This document shows positions 1 to 13,786 of a stretch of DNA of 64,000 nt, piece by piece. Source of the stretch: Spirogloea muscicola. Lineage: Eukaryota. The notes under the pieces were generated by a model. It was not told where the DNA came from, did no database searches, and was given only the letters and a program-made list of their open reading frames with translations. The stretch's first letter is position 1; each line of letters starts with the position of its first letter. The position numbers were made by a program, and so were the translations under genes. The DNA is taken from assembly GCA_009602725.1 (NCBI GenBank), contig WELB01000001.1:155422-219421 (forward strand), given 5' to 3'.

Positions 1-47
1 GGGGGACGGAGGGAGGGAGGGAGGGAGGGAGGGGGAGGGAGAGAGAG
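1..47. repeat. (GGGA)n/(GA)n purine-rich microsatellite
   Basis: gggagggagggagg... visible directly. Confidence 0.85.
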
Positions 48-819
48 GTGTGTGGCTTTGGGGAAGGGGGGTTAATGCGTGTGTATTCAGAGATAGGGTG
101 GTGGGGGCGGGGGCCGCGGCCAGGCATTGGGGCTGGTTGTTCCAGCCCCTATTCTCAATGGGCGAGCACTTTCTTCTTGTTGGGGGCAGGGAAGGCGGAT
201 CGCGTGCCGCGCGGCGCCCACGCTTGAAGTAGATCGGATGGGAAAATAAATGACTCTTCCAGTATATGGCGATGGCTGTGATTGACCAGCCCAGAAAAAA
301 GAACAAGGCTCAAAACGAGTGAGTAGACCATGCAGGCGCACTGACAGCGCCACGCGTCCGCAGGCGGGCCGCCTCTTCCTTGGCCCCCGATTGGCCCCTT
401 CAACCCGAAACTCGACGTCTGAGCGGGGGCCCCTCAGCGGTCAGTTGCTTTGCCCTACAGCAGATTGTTGCCTCGAGTCTGTCAGATTCTCACGAGCAGA
501 ATTGTCGAATAACAAGCCATGAGATCAACCAACTGTGGCGCTGCTCGGCCAACTCTGTTCCCTTTATTCTGCCAGCCCCTCAGCCACTATCCGACATACT
601 CTTGGCCGATGAGATCCTCGGAAGGGCCCCTTCAAGGAGACAGCGTAACTTTGATCATTCGTGTCAATTGACTTCTGAACTGGCAGCACAACGACTTGGG
701 AGCCACTACTCATCCCAATCAATTTCCCACCTTAGAGTCCCTGCTTTTTGTAGCAGGTCTGTATGCGCATATCAACGTTCGCAATGGTTGCCGGCTGGTG
801 CAAGGTGCAATCCAGATGC

Positions 820-1078
820 TCCCATTGAGCACTTCTTTGACTACCCCGGCTGCAATCACCTTCTACCAGGCGCAGCCGACAACTTTGGGTGCATGGGCCT
901 TGATCCTACACCCTACTCGAGGATCTCCCGCCTAGATTATGCACAAAGTGCACATGTTCTTGTGCTGAGAAAATGGGCTTGCCGGCAACACACTTGTCAA
1001 ACGTGCGCCATATTGTGTCAGCCTATCTGCAGCGAGCTCAGGCTCCTGCTTTGCATCAGAAGCTAGGCGGGCTTTAGT
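820..1078 (+). mobile_element. Degenerate CRE-like retrotransposon fragment (end of the endonuclease domain)
   Basis: EHFFDYPGCNHLLPGAADNFGCMG and gtcagcctatctgcagcgagctcaggct...catcagaagct align with RHYSDYPQCDQLLPAAIDIFGCLG...VSACLQRAQASALHQKAG of the copy at 32269-33538; frameshifted. Confidence 0.75.
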
Positions 1079-1694
1079 TCATGACAGAAAGGCTTGATTT
1101 TGCCGTCTGATATTTGGGCAAGTCGAGATTGTTATCACCTACTAATCTACTTGCTGACGCATGGTCAACATAGTGGGTCAGATTAGCGGCAGGCCATGTA
1201 CATCTGTGGATGTGCTTGACTTTTTGTACTTAGTGATGGAGGGCCTTAGTGACCCAGTAGCGTCTTTCTTGTAAGCTTGGTTGGTTGCGTATGCTCACAT
1301 CTACATCCTATTATAGAATGCATTCTATGCCAGTCAGAATGATAGTCAGATATAATTTGAAACATATACATATGGCAAGTGAGCAATCACCTTCACTTCA
1401 TACACATGGCCACACCATGGATTTGTAGACATGTAGGTAAGTATCCATCCAACTTGACATGGGGTCTTCAATATGGGCTTCTCACGAAGATGTTAGACAA
1501 ACGTGCTCGCGCACTAGCTCATGCTGGGCGACAGACAGACAACAATCATTTGCTGAGAATCGCTGTGATGGTACACATTGGCTCTTTACATACATTCCAT
1601 GCCAAAAGAACGATGTTGCTCTAAATTCACTGTGGAGCAACTAGCTCAGTTGACTAGAATTTCCTTCGGATCACCAGGTCTAGAATCTTACTAC

Positions 1695-1925
1695 ACAGCT
1701 CAGCGCGGCCGAGCTCCGCTGAGCTGAGCTCAGCTCACCTCCCGTCAAATCTACAGAATCCAACTTAATGCAACCAACTCCACTCAACTCTCTTCAACTC
1801 AACGCCTCTTGACACTGCTCGAATCTACTCAACTCCGCTCTTCTCATCTCACTTCATTGTACTATCTTTGCTTACTCGACTCGACTGGACTCAACTTCTC
1901 TATCCTGCTCTACTGCACTTGGTGC
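1695..1925. repeat. Degenerate period-5 low-complexity tract (e.g. caact/cgact/cagct)
   Basis: caactccactcaactc..., tactcgactcgactggactcaact. Confidence 0.6.
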
Positions 1926-4900
1926 TGCTATATTCAAAGCAAGCTCACAAGTCACAGGACCGTCAGTTCCCCTCGTGCTAATCCAATCGTCTCCGGTCTT
2001 GAATTTGTGAATTTGTGAGTTGAATCGCAGTGGGTAGCAATCTGACCCTGTGTGAGTCTTGATAACCTCTTTTCCATCCAGGGCCGTCCAAGAATCAGTC
2101 ACATTGAAATTGCCACCGACCGTTTTGAAAACTGTGAGCAAAAGCGCCCCAATTCGGGCCACATCGGCTTCATTCAGAGTGACAGTGCGCAACTGGTGGT
2201 GATACCATTTGCAGTCAAACACCTTGGCACAGTCAAGACGCTGAAGGTGTTGCCACTTCTCATCCCCAGGAAGGACTTCAGCCTGATTGACTAGGTGCCC
2301 AAAGTAAACCATGCCTGTCGCAACTGATTGATATTCGAACACTGGCTGGACCAGCTGCAATGACAGGGCTAATGCAGCATGTCAGAAGCTGGCTAGCTGC
2401 AGAGACCTCGTCCATTCAGATGCAGCATGTCACTTGATCTAGCTAGCAAGGTCCAGCATCAAGCATCCACTGAAGGTCACGTGCGTAAGGTGATGATGGT
2501 CTGCATGCACGCCAAATGGTCTGCATACATGCCTAGCGTAGCATGCGTGGCAAAGAGCAAGCACGAGCAGGAAATTTGAGTTGAGTGGTTGGTTGTGTCA
2601 CACCACCTTGTAGGGGATAAGCTCCACAAGGGCCGCACCAGGTCGTGCAAACATTGAAGGGTTGAGAATGTTGGCCCCATGGATGCAGATCACCACATGG
2701 GCCCACTGACATGCCGCGTATTGCTCACTGAAGCTCATTGTCTCGAAGTGCACAACACGGACCTCCACTGTAGGTTCAAAGCTACGCAAAAGTGACTGGA
2801 AGGTCTCTTCGCTACTGCCTGCGAAGACACGCCTGCTGCCGCTCCTCTGCACATAGAGGAGCCGAATGGCTTGTCGAGTGGGTGCAGCCGAGTCACCCGT
2901 TGCTTGCTGATCAATGTCCTCTTCACCTGTGAGCGAATACCTCAGACCTAGAAACTTTTCAAGCCTCTGCTTGAACGAATGGGCAAGAGATACATTGCCT
3001 ATCCAGAAATTGCCCTGCATCCAAGGACGGATAACTTTGGTGTGAGGGTCTCCTGTTTTGACGCAGCAGATGCACATCAAGCACTGCAATCAAGCTGGCA
3101 AGAATCAAGTGGAGGACAGCTTCAGCTTGCAGAAGACAGTGACTCGTACTTTGATCTCATGATGTTTAGTGCAGTACATAGCAGGTGGTAATGGTGATGC
3201 TGTAATGCTACCCTCATTGACTTGCAATGCTTTGACAACAAATTCTGACAGGTATGTGACAAGTCGCCGAACAGATTCGTGTCAACCTTAAATGGCCTAC
3301 TGATCAGATTATGTAAATCTCACCTTGAGTATTCCTGGAAAGACTGCGCTCTTGAAGCACACAGGGTGCGTGTCAGTTGCATTTTCCAGGACCCCTTCAA
3401 ATTGGACCTTCCCACCAACCAGCGGTAGATCACGCAGCAATTCGGGGGAGTCAAAGGCTGGCCACCCAGGGGCCTCAAGCGCAGCCGCAAGAAGCTCTCG
3501 TAGGAGCACGGCATGCAACCCGCGAGGACCATGCTGTCTTATCCGCTCCTTGAATTTTTCCCCTCGACTCAATACGATGCTGCACGGAGCCGGCAGAGGA
3601 GCATCTGTTGGATCAGTTTAGTCAGACATGCGGAGTGCCCAAGCTTCTAAGCAGCACCTGCTGGTCACAAAGTGACAGAGGCACAGGCGACATTGACGTT
3701 CTAGTCTGTGGCTCTTACAGCCCACTTTATGGCATTTCCGATGCTGATGCACCCCCGGCATAAAGGCAACTATGTGACTTCTTGACACATGATAGGAATG
3801 ACTTATCAGTGTACTAGCTATGCACGTATAAAGCGATGCTCATGCTTAACTGAAAGCTTGACTACAAGCCTCAACAGGTACTGAAAGGGCTACATGCTAG
3901 CAGTGTATTCGCTATTAGCAGTGGAGCAGATAAGTTGTGCTGAATTGCACAATCGACCATTGGATGCAGGCGCACACATGAGCAACATGGTCGGTCTACA
4001 CATCAACCTCCGATCTTGTCCTTCTCAACTTGCCCTGTCTTGACTAAGCGCCGTGATCTAAGCATGCATGGCAAGAGGAGACCAGGGCCGGCTTTTGACC
4101 ATGGAAATCATAAGTGCGTCTTAGTGGACACTGGCAAATGCGCACTCACGACCGCGATATGGGTGGACTAAGTGACTGGGGGCAGGACAGTGCTTCCCTA
4201 CCTGTCAAGGTGTAGGCGAAGAGCAGGCCCAGTGAGGGGGGCCAGCAGCAGGAGGTTATTGACGAGCTGGAGGTAGTGCGCGACATTGGTGGTGGAGTCG
4301 GCCAAGCGGAGTATCATGGAGGTTTCGTCTCGCCAGTCGATGCGGCCTTCGGCAGCAGCATCGGCCAGCCAGCCCGCTGGCTTGGGCACCATGGGCCAGT
4401 ACATCTCGGAAAACTGCCTGGCGATGGTCTCCATCCCAAACTCAGATGATGGCCAAGGCAGCGGCTCAAGCAGCCCTTCGGATCCGGTGGCGTCGGAGGG
4501 CGGTGCGACCGGTGTGGCGCCATGCAGACCAGCCCACCCAGTGCCGTCGAAGCAAGCCGGCGACAGCATGAACATATGCTGATCAAAACCGTAGGCGCTT
4601 GCGAGGCGCCAGAAGCCGCGGGTCGCTTCCACAGCCTCGCCTTGAGCTGGCACCTGCGGTGGCAGCTGCTGCAGAGCCGGCGCCGTCGCGGCGACCACCG
4701 TGGGGGGCGGATCCAGAGCTGCAGGCAGCGGGGAGGGCGAGGCCTGAGGCGACTCGGGGCTGCCATCGCTGGAAACGACGTCGCTGCGGCCACCGTTGCC
4801 GTCGTCGTCGTGGCTATCGCTGTGGCTGGCGTCGCGTTGGGGGAGGCCGGCGGACTCGTCCGCCACGGCGGCGGCGAGGGCGTCCGAGGCCGGCGTGGCG

Positions 4901-5370
4901 GCGGCGGGGGCAGCGGCGGCCCGGGCGTGGCTCTTTTTTNCCGGGCCGGCTCGGTGCGGGCCGAGCACGGCGAGCCGGGCGGTCGGCAGCGCCGGCGGCC
5001 GGCGCCGGCGCTCCCCTGCAAGGACGGCCCTCCTCCTCGGCCCTCCAGCCACCCGGGCTGGCCTCGCGGACGAGAGGGGGGAAAAAGGCGCGCGCGGTGC
5101 GCATGTAATGCAAGGATGGCCAGTCTGAGGCAAACCACCACCGCTCAGGCGGAAGCCAGTGCCAGAAGTGGGGCATGAGAAGCGAAGCAGAAGAGGAGGA
5201 TATCGCAGGCGAGCCTGTGGCGGCGAGAGAGGCCAGCCCAGAGGGGGACGTGCAGAAGGGCCGGGAGGGCGCTCGACAACATCTGCTGGCCAGCGAGGGG
5301 CGCATCGCGACGACAGGGAGGGCGGAAAGTGCGTCGTCGCCCAGTGGGCTTCCGGCGGCGGCAACCAGCC
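1872..5370 (-). CDS. Glycosyltransferase family 61 (DUF563)-like protein, multi-exon; 5' end uncertain
   Basis: Exons give TTNVAHYLQLV, PVCFKSAVFPG, IRLLYVQRSGSRRV, FETMSFSEQYAACQWAHVVICIHGANILNPSMFARPGAALVELIPY (GT61 HGA...ELxP motif); GT-AG boundaries. Confidence 0.8.
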
Positions 5371-5924
5371 ACGGCGCGGCCTGGACGGGGAACACCCCCC
5401 CCCCCCCCGCCTTCTGGGAACCAGCTGCTTCACCTCCCCCGGGATGGGCCCGCGCGCCGCGTGGCGGGCGCCACAAAGTCTCGAGCCACGCGTCGCGTGC
5501 CGGCCGCCGGCAGCCGGCCGCCTGGCGACAATAAGCCAGGTACGGCCTTCGGTCACACCCTGTCACACCCTGCCGTGCTGCGCCCGCGCTGGTTTCGTGC
5601 CGTACTTGGTCGTACCGGGCCGGCCGAGCCCCCCGCCAGACGGTACGGCCCGCATCGCCCCGCGCAGCCTTTGGGCTATACGGCGCCGTCCACACGTGGC
5701 CGCACGCGGCCCGCGAGGCGGAAGTTGCCGCCCTGTTGCCCGCCGCCGAGCCGGGCCGGCTCTGACAGCGGGCAACTTCCAGGCGGCTGCCGGCAACCCA
5801 CGGAGGCCATGGCGGTCGGCGGCCCGCCCTAAGCATTCCGTCGCTGCAGTCCCTTGCATAGCTGCAGCCCGGGCGCTGCACCTTCGCTGCAGCTCCAGGA
5901 GCTGCTAGTAGCTAGCTGCTACGT

Positions 5925-5995
5925 CATTAGATGTGCTTGCCTTTGTACTTGGCCATATTGGCCTTCGTTTTCAAATACACGATATTTCTCTTCTC
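5925..5995 (+). mobile_element. Solo 3' end of CRE subfamily A
   Basis: tagatgtgcttgcctttgtacttggcc...tggcc...aatacacgat matches the 3' UTR at 33478-33538. Confidence 0.7.
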
Positions 5996-6430
5996 TATGG
6001 GCGAGCTTTTTCTTCTATTACTCCCTCTCCTGTGCCGCTCTCGTGACAGTTAGCCCTCGGGGTCCAGCAGCAGCCACGCCACTCGCTTCCTCGATTCTGC
6101 GCCCCACCACCCGGCCTGGTCCGCCCTGGGCTAGGCCGTACGGCCCCGGGGGACGCCGGGCGTACAATTGTACCGCGCCGAGCTGAGCCCACGGCCAGCG
6201 TCGCGGGCGGGGGGGGTTGACTGGCCCGGGTGCTCCGGGAACCTGCGTACCGACCGCACGGAGCCGACTGGCGCCCGCCGATGGAATTCCTGTGCGACGC
6301 ATAGAGTACCACAATGATCTGAGTCGAGGTAACGTGGACGAAGGTGGACCTCTTCCAAAAGGTGCGGCGGCTGCGATAGAGTGCTCTTCTGAAGAAGCGA
6401 GGGCTGTGAAACAACACTACGCTCATCCAA

Positions 6431-6600
6431 AGAGAGAGAAGGCGCGCGGGGCGCATGAATTGAAAGGGAGGCCAATTCAAGCCAATACATTGTTCAGGCA
6501 AAGGAGAGAAGGCGCGGAGCGCATGATATGAAAGGGAGGCAAATTCAAGCCAAGACATTGTTCAGGCAGAATCTAGTGCAGGATAAACACGGCTACATTA
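6431..6600 (-). mobile_element. Two tandem 3' ends of CRE subfamily B
   Basis: Reverse complement of TGCCTGAACAATGTATTGGCTTGAATTGGCCTCCCTTTCAATTCATGCGCCCCGCGCGCCTTCTCT twice; same sequence follows the endonuclease ORF at 31088-31155. Confidence 0.8.
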
Positions 6601-9600
6601 AACAAAGGGGGGCGAGGGTTGTGAAAGGCCGGCCCGAAAAAGAATGGACAACGTCAAACGGGAAGCAGCCATTTGAAGGCGATGGCTTTTGACGATCAGC
6701 CCACACAATGCAGCAAGTTGATGGAGTAGATGCATGCACCACTGGGGAAACGTGACATGGCGTAGAAGCTGTCGCTGGACCGGATCTCACATATAATAGA
6801 GGGTTGAAAGAGGGGTAGTGTCCGTGAAGAGCCAGCCACAAGTGACTCAAATAATCGCTTGAAGAGGCGTGCACAAGAAGAAGTCGTGCAGCCACCATAG
6901 AGTCGCTAACGGTCACTGTAACAGTGACCGTTAGCATCCGCAAGACGGACACGCTGGGGGAAAGAGGACAGTGGGCTCCCAAAAGAGGCAGTGGTTGTAT
7001 GGAAGCCAGCCAGAAGAGGACAGACAAAGGTGGTGGAATTTCATGCTTGGAGGAAGGACTTACTTATTGGCGTGCTGAAACATCCTGATGAAGCTCTAGC
7101 AGGCGCCCAGGAAACGCCTGCTATTGCTGATTAGCGCATGCACTACAAGTGTTTAGCAGGAGCCAAAAACACGGCTGCTCGTCACTCCGTCTCTGTCCCT
7201 GGCCCTTCGTGCCACGTGCCAGCTGCAGCAGCAAGTCCAGTTTCGTATGGGCTGACGCCGACTTGGACATTAACGTTGATATTCAATCTATGCTGCAGGT
7301 TGTAGTTGGCGTGCTTGGTCCCTTTGGCCTGCTCAGGGTCTAGGATTAGGGTTTAAAATATAGGGTTAGGGGTAAATTCAGGGGTGTTCCATCACAACGC
7401 TGTGCTTTACCGTTGCCTGTGACACACCGAGCCAGACATCCCCAACTCTGCCAGTGACAAAGAAAAAGAGCCAGGCGGCTGCGAATTGACGGCCATTGAA
7501 CACAGCCACCTCACGGAGTACAGAAAGCATATGTACGCTTGCTGATGCCGCCGTCGGATGCAATTCTCTTCTCCTCAAGACTACCAAACAAGAAGTGGTA
7601 TGTCTCAGGAGGCAAGGGCTTCTCAAAGTTGGCCAAGACAGACATGAGAGATTTCGTGGCTCCACCAAGGGAGGCCAAAGGCTGCGCGAAGGATGTCCAC
7701 ATGGGAGTGAAGTACCTTGTCGTTCTAGGGCGAAGACAGTCTCAAAGGGTCGGTGGCTGGAATCACACATACGAAAGAGTTGCTGCGAGGTGCACCAAGA
7801 GTGACTAGCCAAATGGGCTGTGAGGCTGTAGGTGCATGTGTCTGTAAGCTAGTTGTCGACCTTGCCGCAAAGCGATCCCCGTAAACTTGCGCCGTCAGTA
7901 GACTTGGCTCCGTCAAGACGATACGTTATTGAAATGCGATATGCCAACTGGCTTTTAGAAGTGCCAATGAAGGCGTGCGACGTGTGTCAACCAATATTCG
8001 GCTCTGGCCTGCTCACAGCCATCGCCTGCTTGTTGGAGCTCATGACCTTGTCCATACCTTGTTGGGCTTGCTTTTCACAACCATCGCCCCCTTCCATGGC
8101 CTCCCATCTCTTCATACACATGCATTTCCTTCTATTAGAAGGCGCGCGGTGCACATGATTTGGAGGGGAGGCTCAGCTGAGCCAGTTTTGTGTTCAGGCG
8201 AGTGAAAGTCTTCGAAGATTGCGGCTACATTGAGCGAAGTCCTAGGCTGCGAGGGGCTAAGGAAGGGCTTCCTGATGCTCGTTCCTTTCTGTGGGCTGGC
8301 TTTTCACAGCCGTTGCCACCTTCGGAAACAGCTGCCTTCTTCTTAACAATGTAGTCACTTGAATTGGCAACCCCTTTCTGTCATGCTGACCACCGCGCGC
8401 CTTTCATTCTCTCTGCTTTGGTTGGAAGGAGCTCATTACCGCGGGCCAGCAACCACTGCCGGCTTTCCACAAGTGGCAAACAGAAGCCGCCGGGCCATCT
8501 GTTGACCTGGACGGCGGGCCGCTCCAAGGAGTTGGGAACTGAGTTCTGGGTGCCCGCCAGGCTGAGGCGAGCCTCAATCAAGGCCGTGCTACACGACCGT
8601 AGGCCCCCCCGGCCTACGGTCGTTGGCAGCACTTCTTCAGCTTTTAGCTCACTCACTTTATAGCTTGGAGTTCCTGTTTGGCCTCCTTCGGAGTCACTTG
8701 TCTTGTCGGAAAGTCTGCGCTTTCGTACTATTGTATCGCTGTGGACCTTGTCGATTCTGTGCTGGCCTCTTGACAGGCAAGAAGTCCTTTTTGGAAGTAC
8801 TCTTCTTCCCTCGCCCACCACTCAGATGGCCCACCGTCCGCCGATGCCGCCTGACACGAAGCCGAGCGCGCGCCCGTGGTGGCGCCGGCTCGCAGCTGTG
8901 CGGGGCCCACCCTAGAGCTGGCATTGCCGTGTTCCACTGAAGGAAGTACCACTGTCAATGTGCCTTCGTACGAGAAAGCGCTGTACTCTTGCGCACGTGG
9001 CCAATCAAGCCCTCCATCACTTAATAACACAGTTTCCCTCTACCGTAGGCACGCAGGTTGTCCCCGACCGTCCGCGGCTCGCACAACGCTGCCGCCCGCC
9101 CCGCACCGCGCTTCGAGCTCAGCAGCGGCATGAGGCCGCGAGAATTGTGGCTCCCATCATAGGCAGCGATAGTTCTTGACAAGCGACGCAGGAATTTTTT
9201 TTTCTTTTCTTGTCTGACCTTTCACGACCATTGCCGCTATTCGGAAAGGCTCACGAATGGCTGGGCAAGAGTTGGGCACGAGTTGAAGAGAAATTGCTTC
9301 AAGAAGACGGGACGGTGGCTTGGACTTGCTCAGCCCATAAATTGGACGACTTTGAAGTGAAAACCCCAACAGGAAAGGTTAAGTCACTCGGCAAAACAGA
9401 TGGCCGCTACGTAGCCACTCAATAATCTTTTCGTCAACAGCGGCGGCAATTCTGCTCAAACAAATAGCACGGCAGGAGTGGGCCGACAAGTGTGGCGGCA
9501 GCCAAGGCACGGCCGCAAACATTTGCGAGGCGAGGCATACACCTCGAATGCTGCATCGAGATGAGAATGTGCTCCCAAGTGAGTAGTCAGAGAGGAACTC

Positions 9601-10149
9601 AGAGAGTCTAGCGGCTGCTGTACTGGCGTGAAAAGCCCTGATCCGCCAAACTCTTGTGGCTTTTGGCTTGCCACTGTCAGCCACCGCACCCCTTGGGAAG
9701 AGCACTTCTCAATTTTCAGTAGAGGCAATGACTGATTGGGTCAGACCAAGGATGGACTAAAGTGGCAAAACGCAGGAGAACTTGATAGAAATAGAGGAGG
9801 ACCATAGCTGTGAGTCACCAGCCCAGGAGAAGGCGTTGCTCCACTGCGCCACCGGGCTTTGGGGCGCACAGCGTTGCCCGCCTTCCCGCCGCTTGCTATT
9901 CGCGCTCCGCTGCCATAGGCCACTAGCCCCCAACCCTCCTATTTGCAGCTGCACTAGTTTCTTGGAAAGTCAGTCACATTCACTGTCCTGTTGACCGAGC
10001 TCAAGGATCTCTTGCCTCCTTGCTTCAGCCTTTCCAAGCCCTGTGAATTTTATTCATTCCTTTCCTGGGCTGGCCTCTCCCAGCCATCGCCCTCTCCTGG
10101 AAGAAAAAGATCGTGTATTAGAAAGAAATCTCCTGGAAGGGTCTGTCTC

Positions 10150-10335
10150 TCTTTCCCGGCAGCTAGTCTGTCGGATATGAGGCTCCTCGCTCGTAGCTAT
10201 TCAGTGGTTCATCCTATACCAGTTCTGGGACAGCGCTTTAGGGCCCTTCGTTTTGTGGCCACTTCGAACGTTGTCATTCTTTTCGGGCTGGCTTCTCATA
10301 GCCCTTGCCCCCATTGGGAGAGCCACTTCTTTCCA
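10150..10335 (+). mobile_element. 3' fragment of CRE subfamily C
   Basis: FPAASLSDMRLLARSYSVVHPIPVL then gggctggcttctcatagcccttgcccccattgggagagccacttcttt; parallels 15320-15530. Confidence 0.75.
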
Positions 10336-12699
10336 AGCTTGTTGCTTGCTTTGCAGGCCCGCTCGGATCCTTGGCTGGGCCTCGCCTGTGCACCAGTGTC
10401 CAATCGGGGGCCATAGACAATATGACGCCGCCACGTGTCAATTTCTTCGCATACATTTCGGTGTTCGCCTGGCCGCCTGCACTGTCATCACCCTTGCTGC
10501 CCGATGCGGAGGCAATCAAACGTGGCTTTTGCTGGAAGATTGGAGCGCATCTTGGCTTGCTGCAGGACCAACGTAAGGTTGCAAGATCAAAGCCTGGGAC
10601 GAACTATTGGATCGCCTCAACTTGCAAGTGTGAGCAGTAAAAGTCCGGCTTGCTGCAATAGCGTGTGTTGCAACACGACACCGGCGCCAGACTTCAATAA
10701 ACCATCCGCCTCTCTCGTTATTCCGGGTTCCGTTTCCTACCTTCAGCTCATCTGAGTTCCTACTGCTGACACAGAGAATTTGACAGGTCCCTGAGCTGCC
10801 CAATCGGAATCCCCGCATGATGTGTCTGCCCTTCAGAGCTGCCTCTGCACGCGGCTGGCTGTCACCTTGGACTTTCCTCTGCACAAGGCTGGCTTTCACA
10901 GCCACCCTCAGATTAGCAGCCGCTTTCTCACTTTGACTTCTTCTCCCACCAGCCCCCTTCCGTCCCACGAAGCTGCCAACTTCAGCAGCAAATTGGTACT
11001 GACGATATGTGCAACTTAGTGAGCTCTTGTGCTACGGAAGCACCAAACCTGCAAACCTGATCAAACCTGCTGTGTTTGCACAACCTGGCCATCCAATCAT
11101 GCAGATGTTGCCAGGCACGTCGAGAAGACTAATGTAATTGAGCAGTGGTCCGATGTGAAATTCAAGGACAGGGTCTGCCTCTGTAGCCTCGAGCAAGAGC
11201 TTCACTTGTCGAATGCTGGGCGCCACTCTACACAGGTCACAGGGGACAACCTTGAAGCTTAGCTGCTGCCACTAACAAGGCCCTCAAGCTGGTGCATTTC
11301 CAGCCCTACACTCCTACTCCGGCGGCTTCATAAAGGAAATGTGGCTCTCCCAAAGGGGGCAAGGGCTGTAAACAGCCAGTTCGAAAGACTTGACAAGGTC
11401 TTCTTAAGGGCCAGCCAGACGCCTGAGTTGAGCCAGGAAGACGCTCTTTCACAGGGGCATCGTTGTGCATGCAAGCCCAAAAGAGGAATATTTCCAGGCA
11501 CTAGTCGTCTCACTCATTGCACTTGCACGCCGTGGTGCTACTGCCTCTGCTTCAGGGAAAGACGTGCGGTGGCTGGGAGAGGCCAGCCCCAAACCAAACC
11601 TCCAAGAAACTGCGAGCTTCTCTCTGGGAGCGGCCAGCCTGGAATGTGCTGACAACCTGCTGCTCACCCTGGTCCGCTCAGGAGGCTGGCGCAGCGAAGC
11701 GCGTTTGTACAAGGGGTTAAAGGAATACAAGGTCTCTCTTAGAGTAGTCATGGACACCCTCTGTATGCAACTGGCTGGCTTTCACAGCCGCTATTTTTAG
11801 CATCAGCATCCGCGTTCTTAATAAGCTTCAGGCCAGAAAGGGAACCTTGTCAGCAGACGAGTTCTGAATGAGCTTAGAGCGATCATGTGACATCCACTTG
11901 CGCAAGCCAGACACAGGTGCCGCTAGAGCTAGACTAGCATGGCGGTGCGAGACGAAATGAGTGAATAATCACAAAGGGCGATGGCTTTCTTTTTCCAATG
12001 CAGGAACTTAGCAGTGCAGGAGGGCCATCAACAGCGAGAGATGGCTTAGTGGCTGTGACTGGCTAGCCAAAGAAGGGGATCTTGAGCGAGGTCAGCGCAG
12101 AAGAGGGCATCCGTAGCACCTTAGGCGGGCACAGGCAGGGCTGAACCACAGTGGACCATTGAGTTACTGCTGGCCGCTGTGGCCCATATTGAAGATTGAA
12201 TTTTTCGGATGGGGGTGATGGCTGTGAAAGGGCAGGCCACAAAATAACAAGCAAAATCTGTTGGGGTCAAAAAGCATATACCACTCAGTTATGCAAGTGG
12301 CTACGACGAATAGGTGCTCATGGTGGGTCATTGTCAGCAGCCCCAAAGCAGAGGAGCTTGCTGCCGGAAAATGAAAGGTCAGGACAGCGATACCCAGAAA
12401 ATGCAGCAGTGTAGCCTGCTCAATTGCACTAGCAAATGCATGACATTGTGGAGCGAGAGAGCGAGACTGGGAGGCGCATGCGGAAAACCTGAGCGAGCGA
12501 CCCAGCGGCACTGAAGCCGGGCTGCTCAATTTGCCGGCTTTGGCAGCAGATTATCGCCCGCCGTGCAAGCGGCTGGAGTTCTGGCCACCAGCAGCCACAT
12601 TCATTCAATCTCAGCTTGCGATTCTCCTTCCGACTTCCTTGGACCTTGTCATTCGTTTGTGAGCTGGCCCTTGACAGCCTCGACCCCTTCTGAAAGAGC

Positions 12700-13098
12700 T
12701 ATGAAAAACTACTGCGGCTACTGTAAGGATTGGTCCTCCCTTCTGCAGCATGTAGTCCAGCTGATTGACGGGCATGGTCGTAGTCGGGAAAGGGCAGCTT
12801 TGGGCATACCAGCATTCTGCAGGCGTTGGTTGCAGTATTACGAACATGCGGCTTCTCCCTACGTTTGCAGCGTTCCCAAGCTCACTATCTAGCATGCTGG
12901 GCGTGCTGCAAGCCAGGCTACTGGCTTCCGTGGCGGTGCTCCCGCTCCCCAGATTATAATCTCAACGTTGTATATGCTCGTGGGAACTGATTTGCTCCTT
13001 CAGCCTGCTTTTGCACTGGTTCGCTCTGCCCCCCTTAGCTTGTTTTCTCTCTCTTGGGCTGGCCTCTCACAGCCACCAGAGTTTGGCCGCGCTTTCCT
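12700..13098 (+). mobile_element. Degenerate CRE 3' fragment (B-like C-terminus plus hairpin 3' UTR)
   Basis: Frameshifted match to 30750-31020 (QALVA..RL..LQRSQA...ATGFRGGAPAPQ) then ttgggctggcctctcacagccaccagagtttggccgcgctttc. Confidence 0.7.
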
Positions 13099-13452
13099 TA
13101 GCATAGGGCTTTGCTATGTGTAGCCCCGCTCCTTGCATTAGCATTTTCCTGATTAGAGTATTGGATTGATTTGGCATCCCCTTCAATCCATGCGCACCGG
13201 GCACCTTCTCTCTCAGACCTCGTCATTTATATGGAATATTATCTTTAAAAGCAAACATTCAGAGTAGCTTATTCTTCAAATGAAACAGTGCTTCCACATT
13301 GACTGGTGGCTGTGAGAGGCCAGCCCACATTGGACAAGGTCTGAAGGAGCCGGATGGCGCCAAATGCAAGATACTAAGTGCAAAGACGGCAGCAGGGGAG
13401 CTCTCCGTAAGTCAGTTTCTTCAAAGCCATCGCGTTCTTCTGAAAAGAGCTG

Positions 13453-13454
<2 letters not shown>

Positions 13455-13506
<52 letters not shown>
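13455..13506. repeat. (TC)n microsatellite, about 26 units
   Basis: Directly visible. Confidence 0.95.
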
Positions 13507-13509
<3 letters not shown>

Positions 13510-13786
13510 GAGAGATGGCGCGCGGTGCGTGTGATGAAAGGGAGGCCAATCCTAGCCTTGCAGATGTCCTTGTAAACGGGGTAATGAGTTGGCTAAGGGG
13601 GGCACTAATATCCTCGAGGGAGCACATACATGTCTGACAAGCTAAGCTGAGGAGCCAGACCACCACCACGGAAGCTATTAGCCTGGCCTTATGCACGCCC
13701 TCTCTCTCGTCGAGGTTATTTAGCGCCTCTTGCTGACGTCTTGGAGACAAGTATCTCCCCTACACGGAATTATCCCCTTACGGCCC

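Noticed and set aside
4300..6300. Many long overlapping Arg/Pro/Ala-rich ORFs (also 20880-22350, 39200-41900)
   Set aside because: Expected from very high GC and antisense shadows of real exons
7085..7125. Hammerhead ribozyme (CTGATGA...GAAA)
   Set aside because: GAAA falls in the loop of a hairpin rather than after stem II; no stem I/III found
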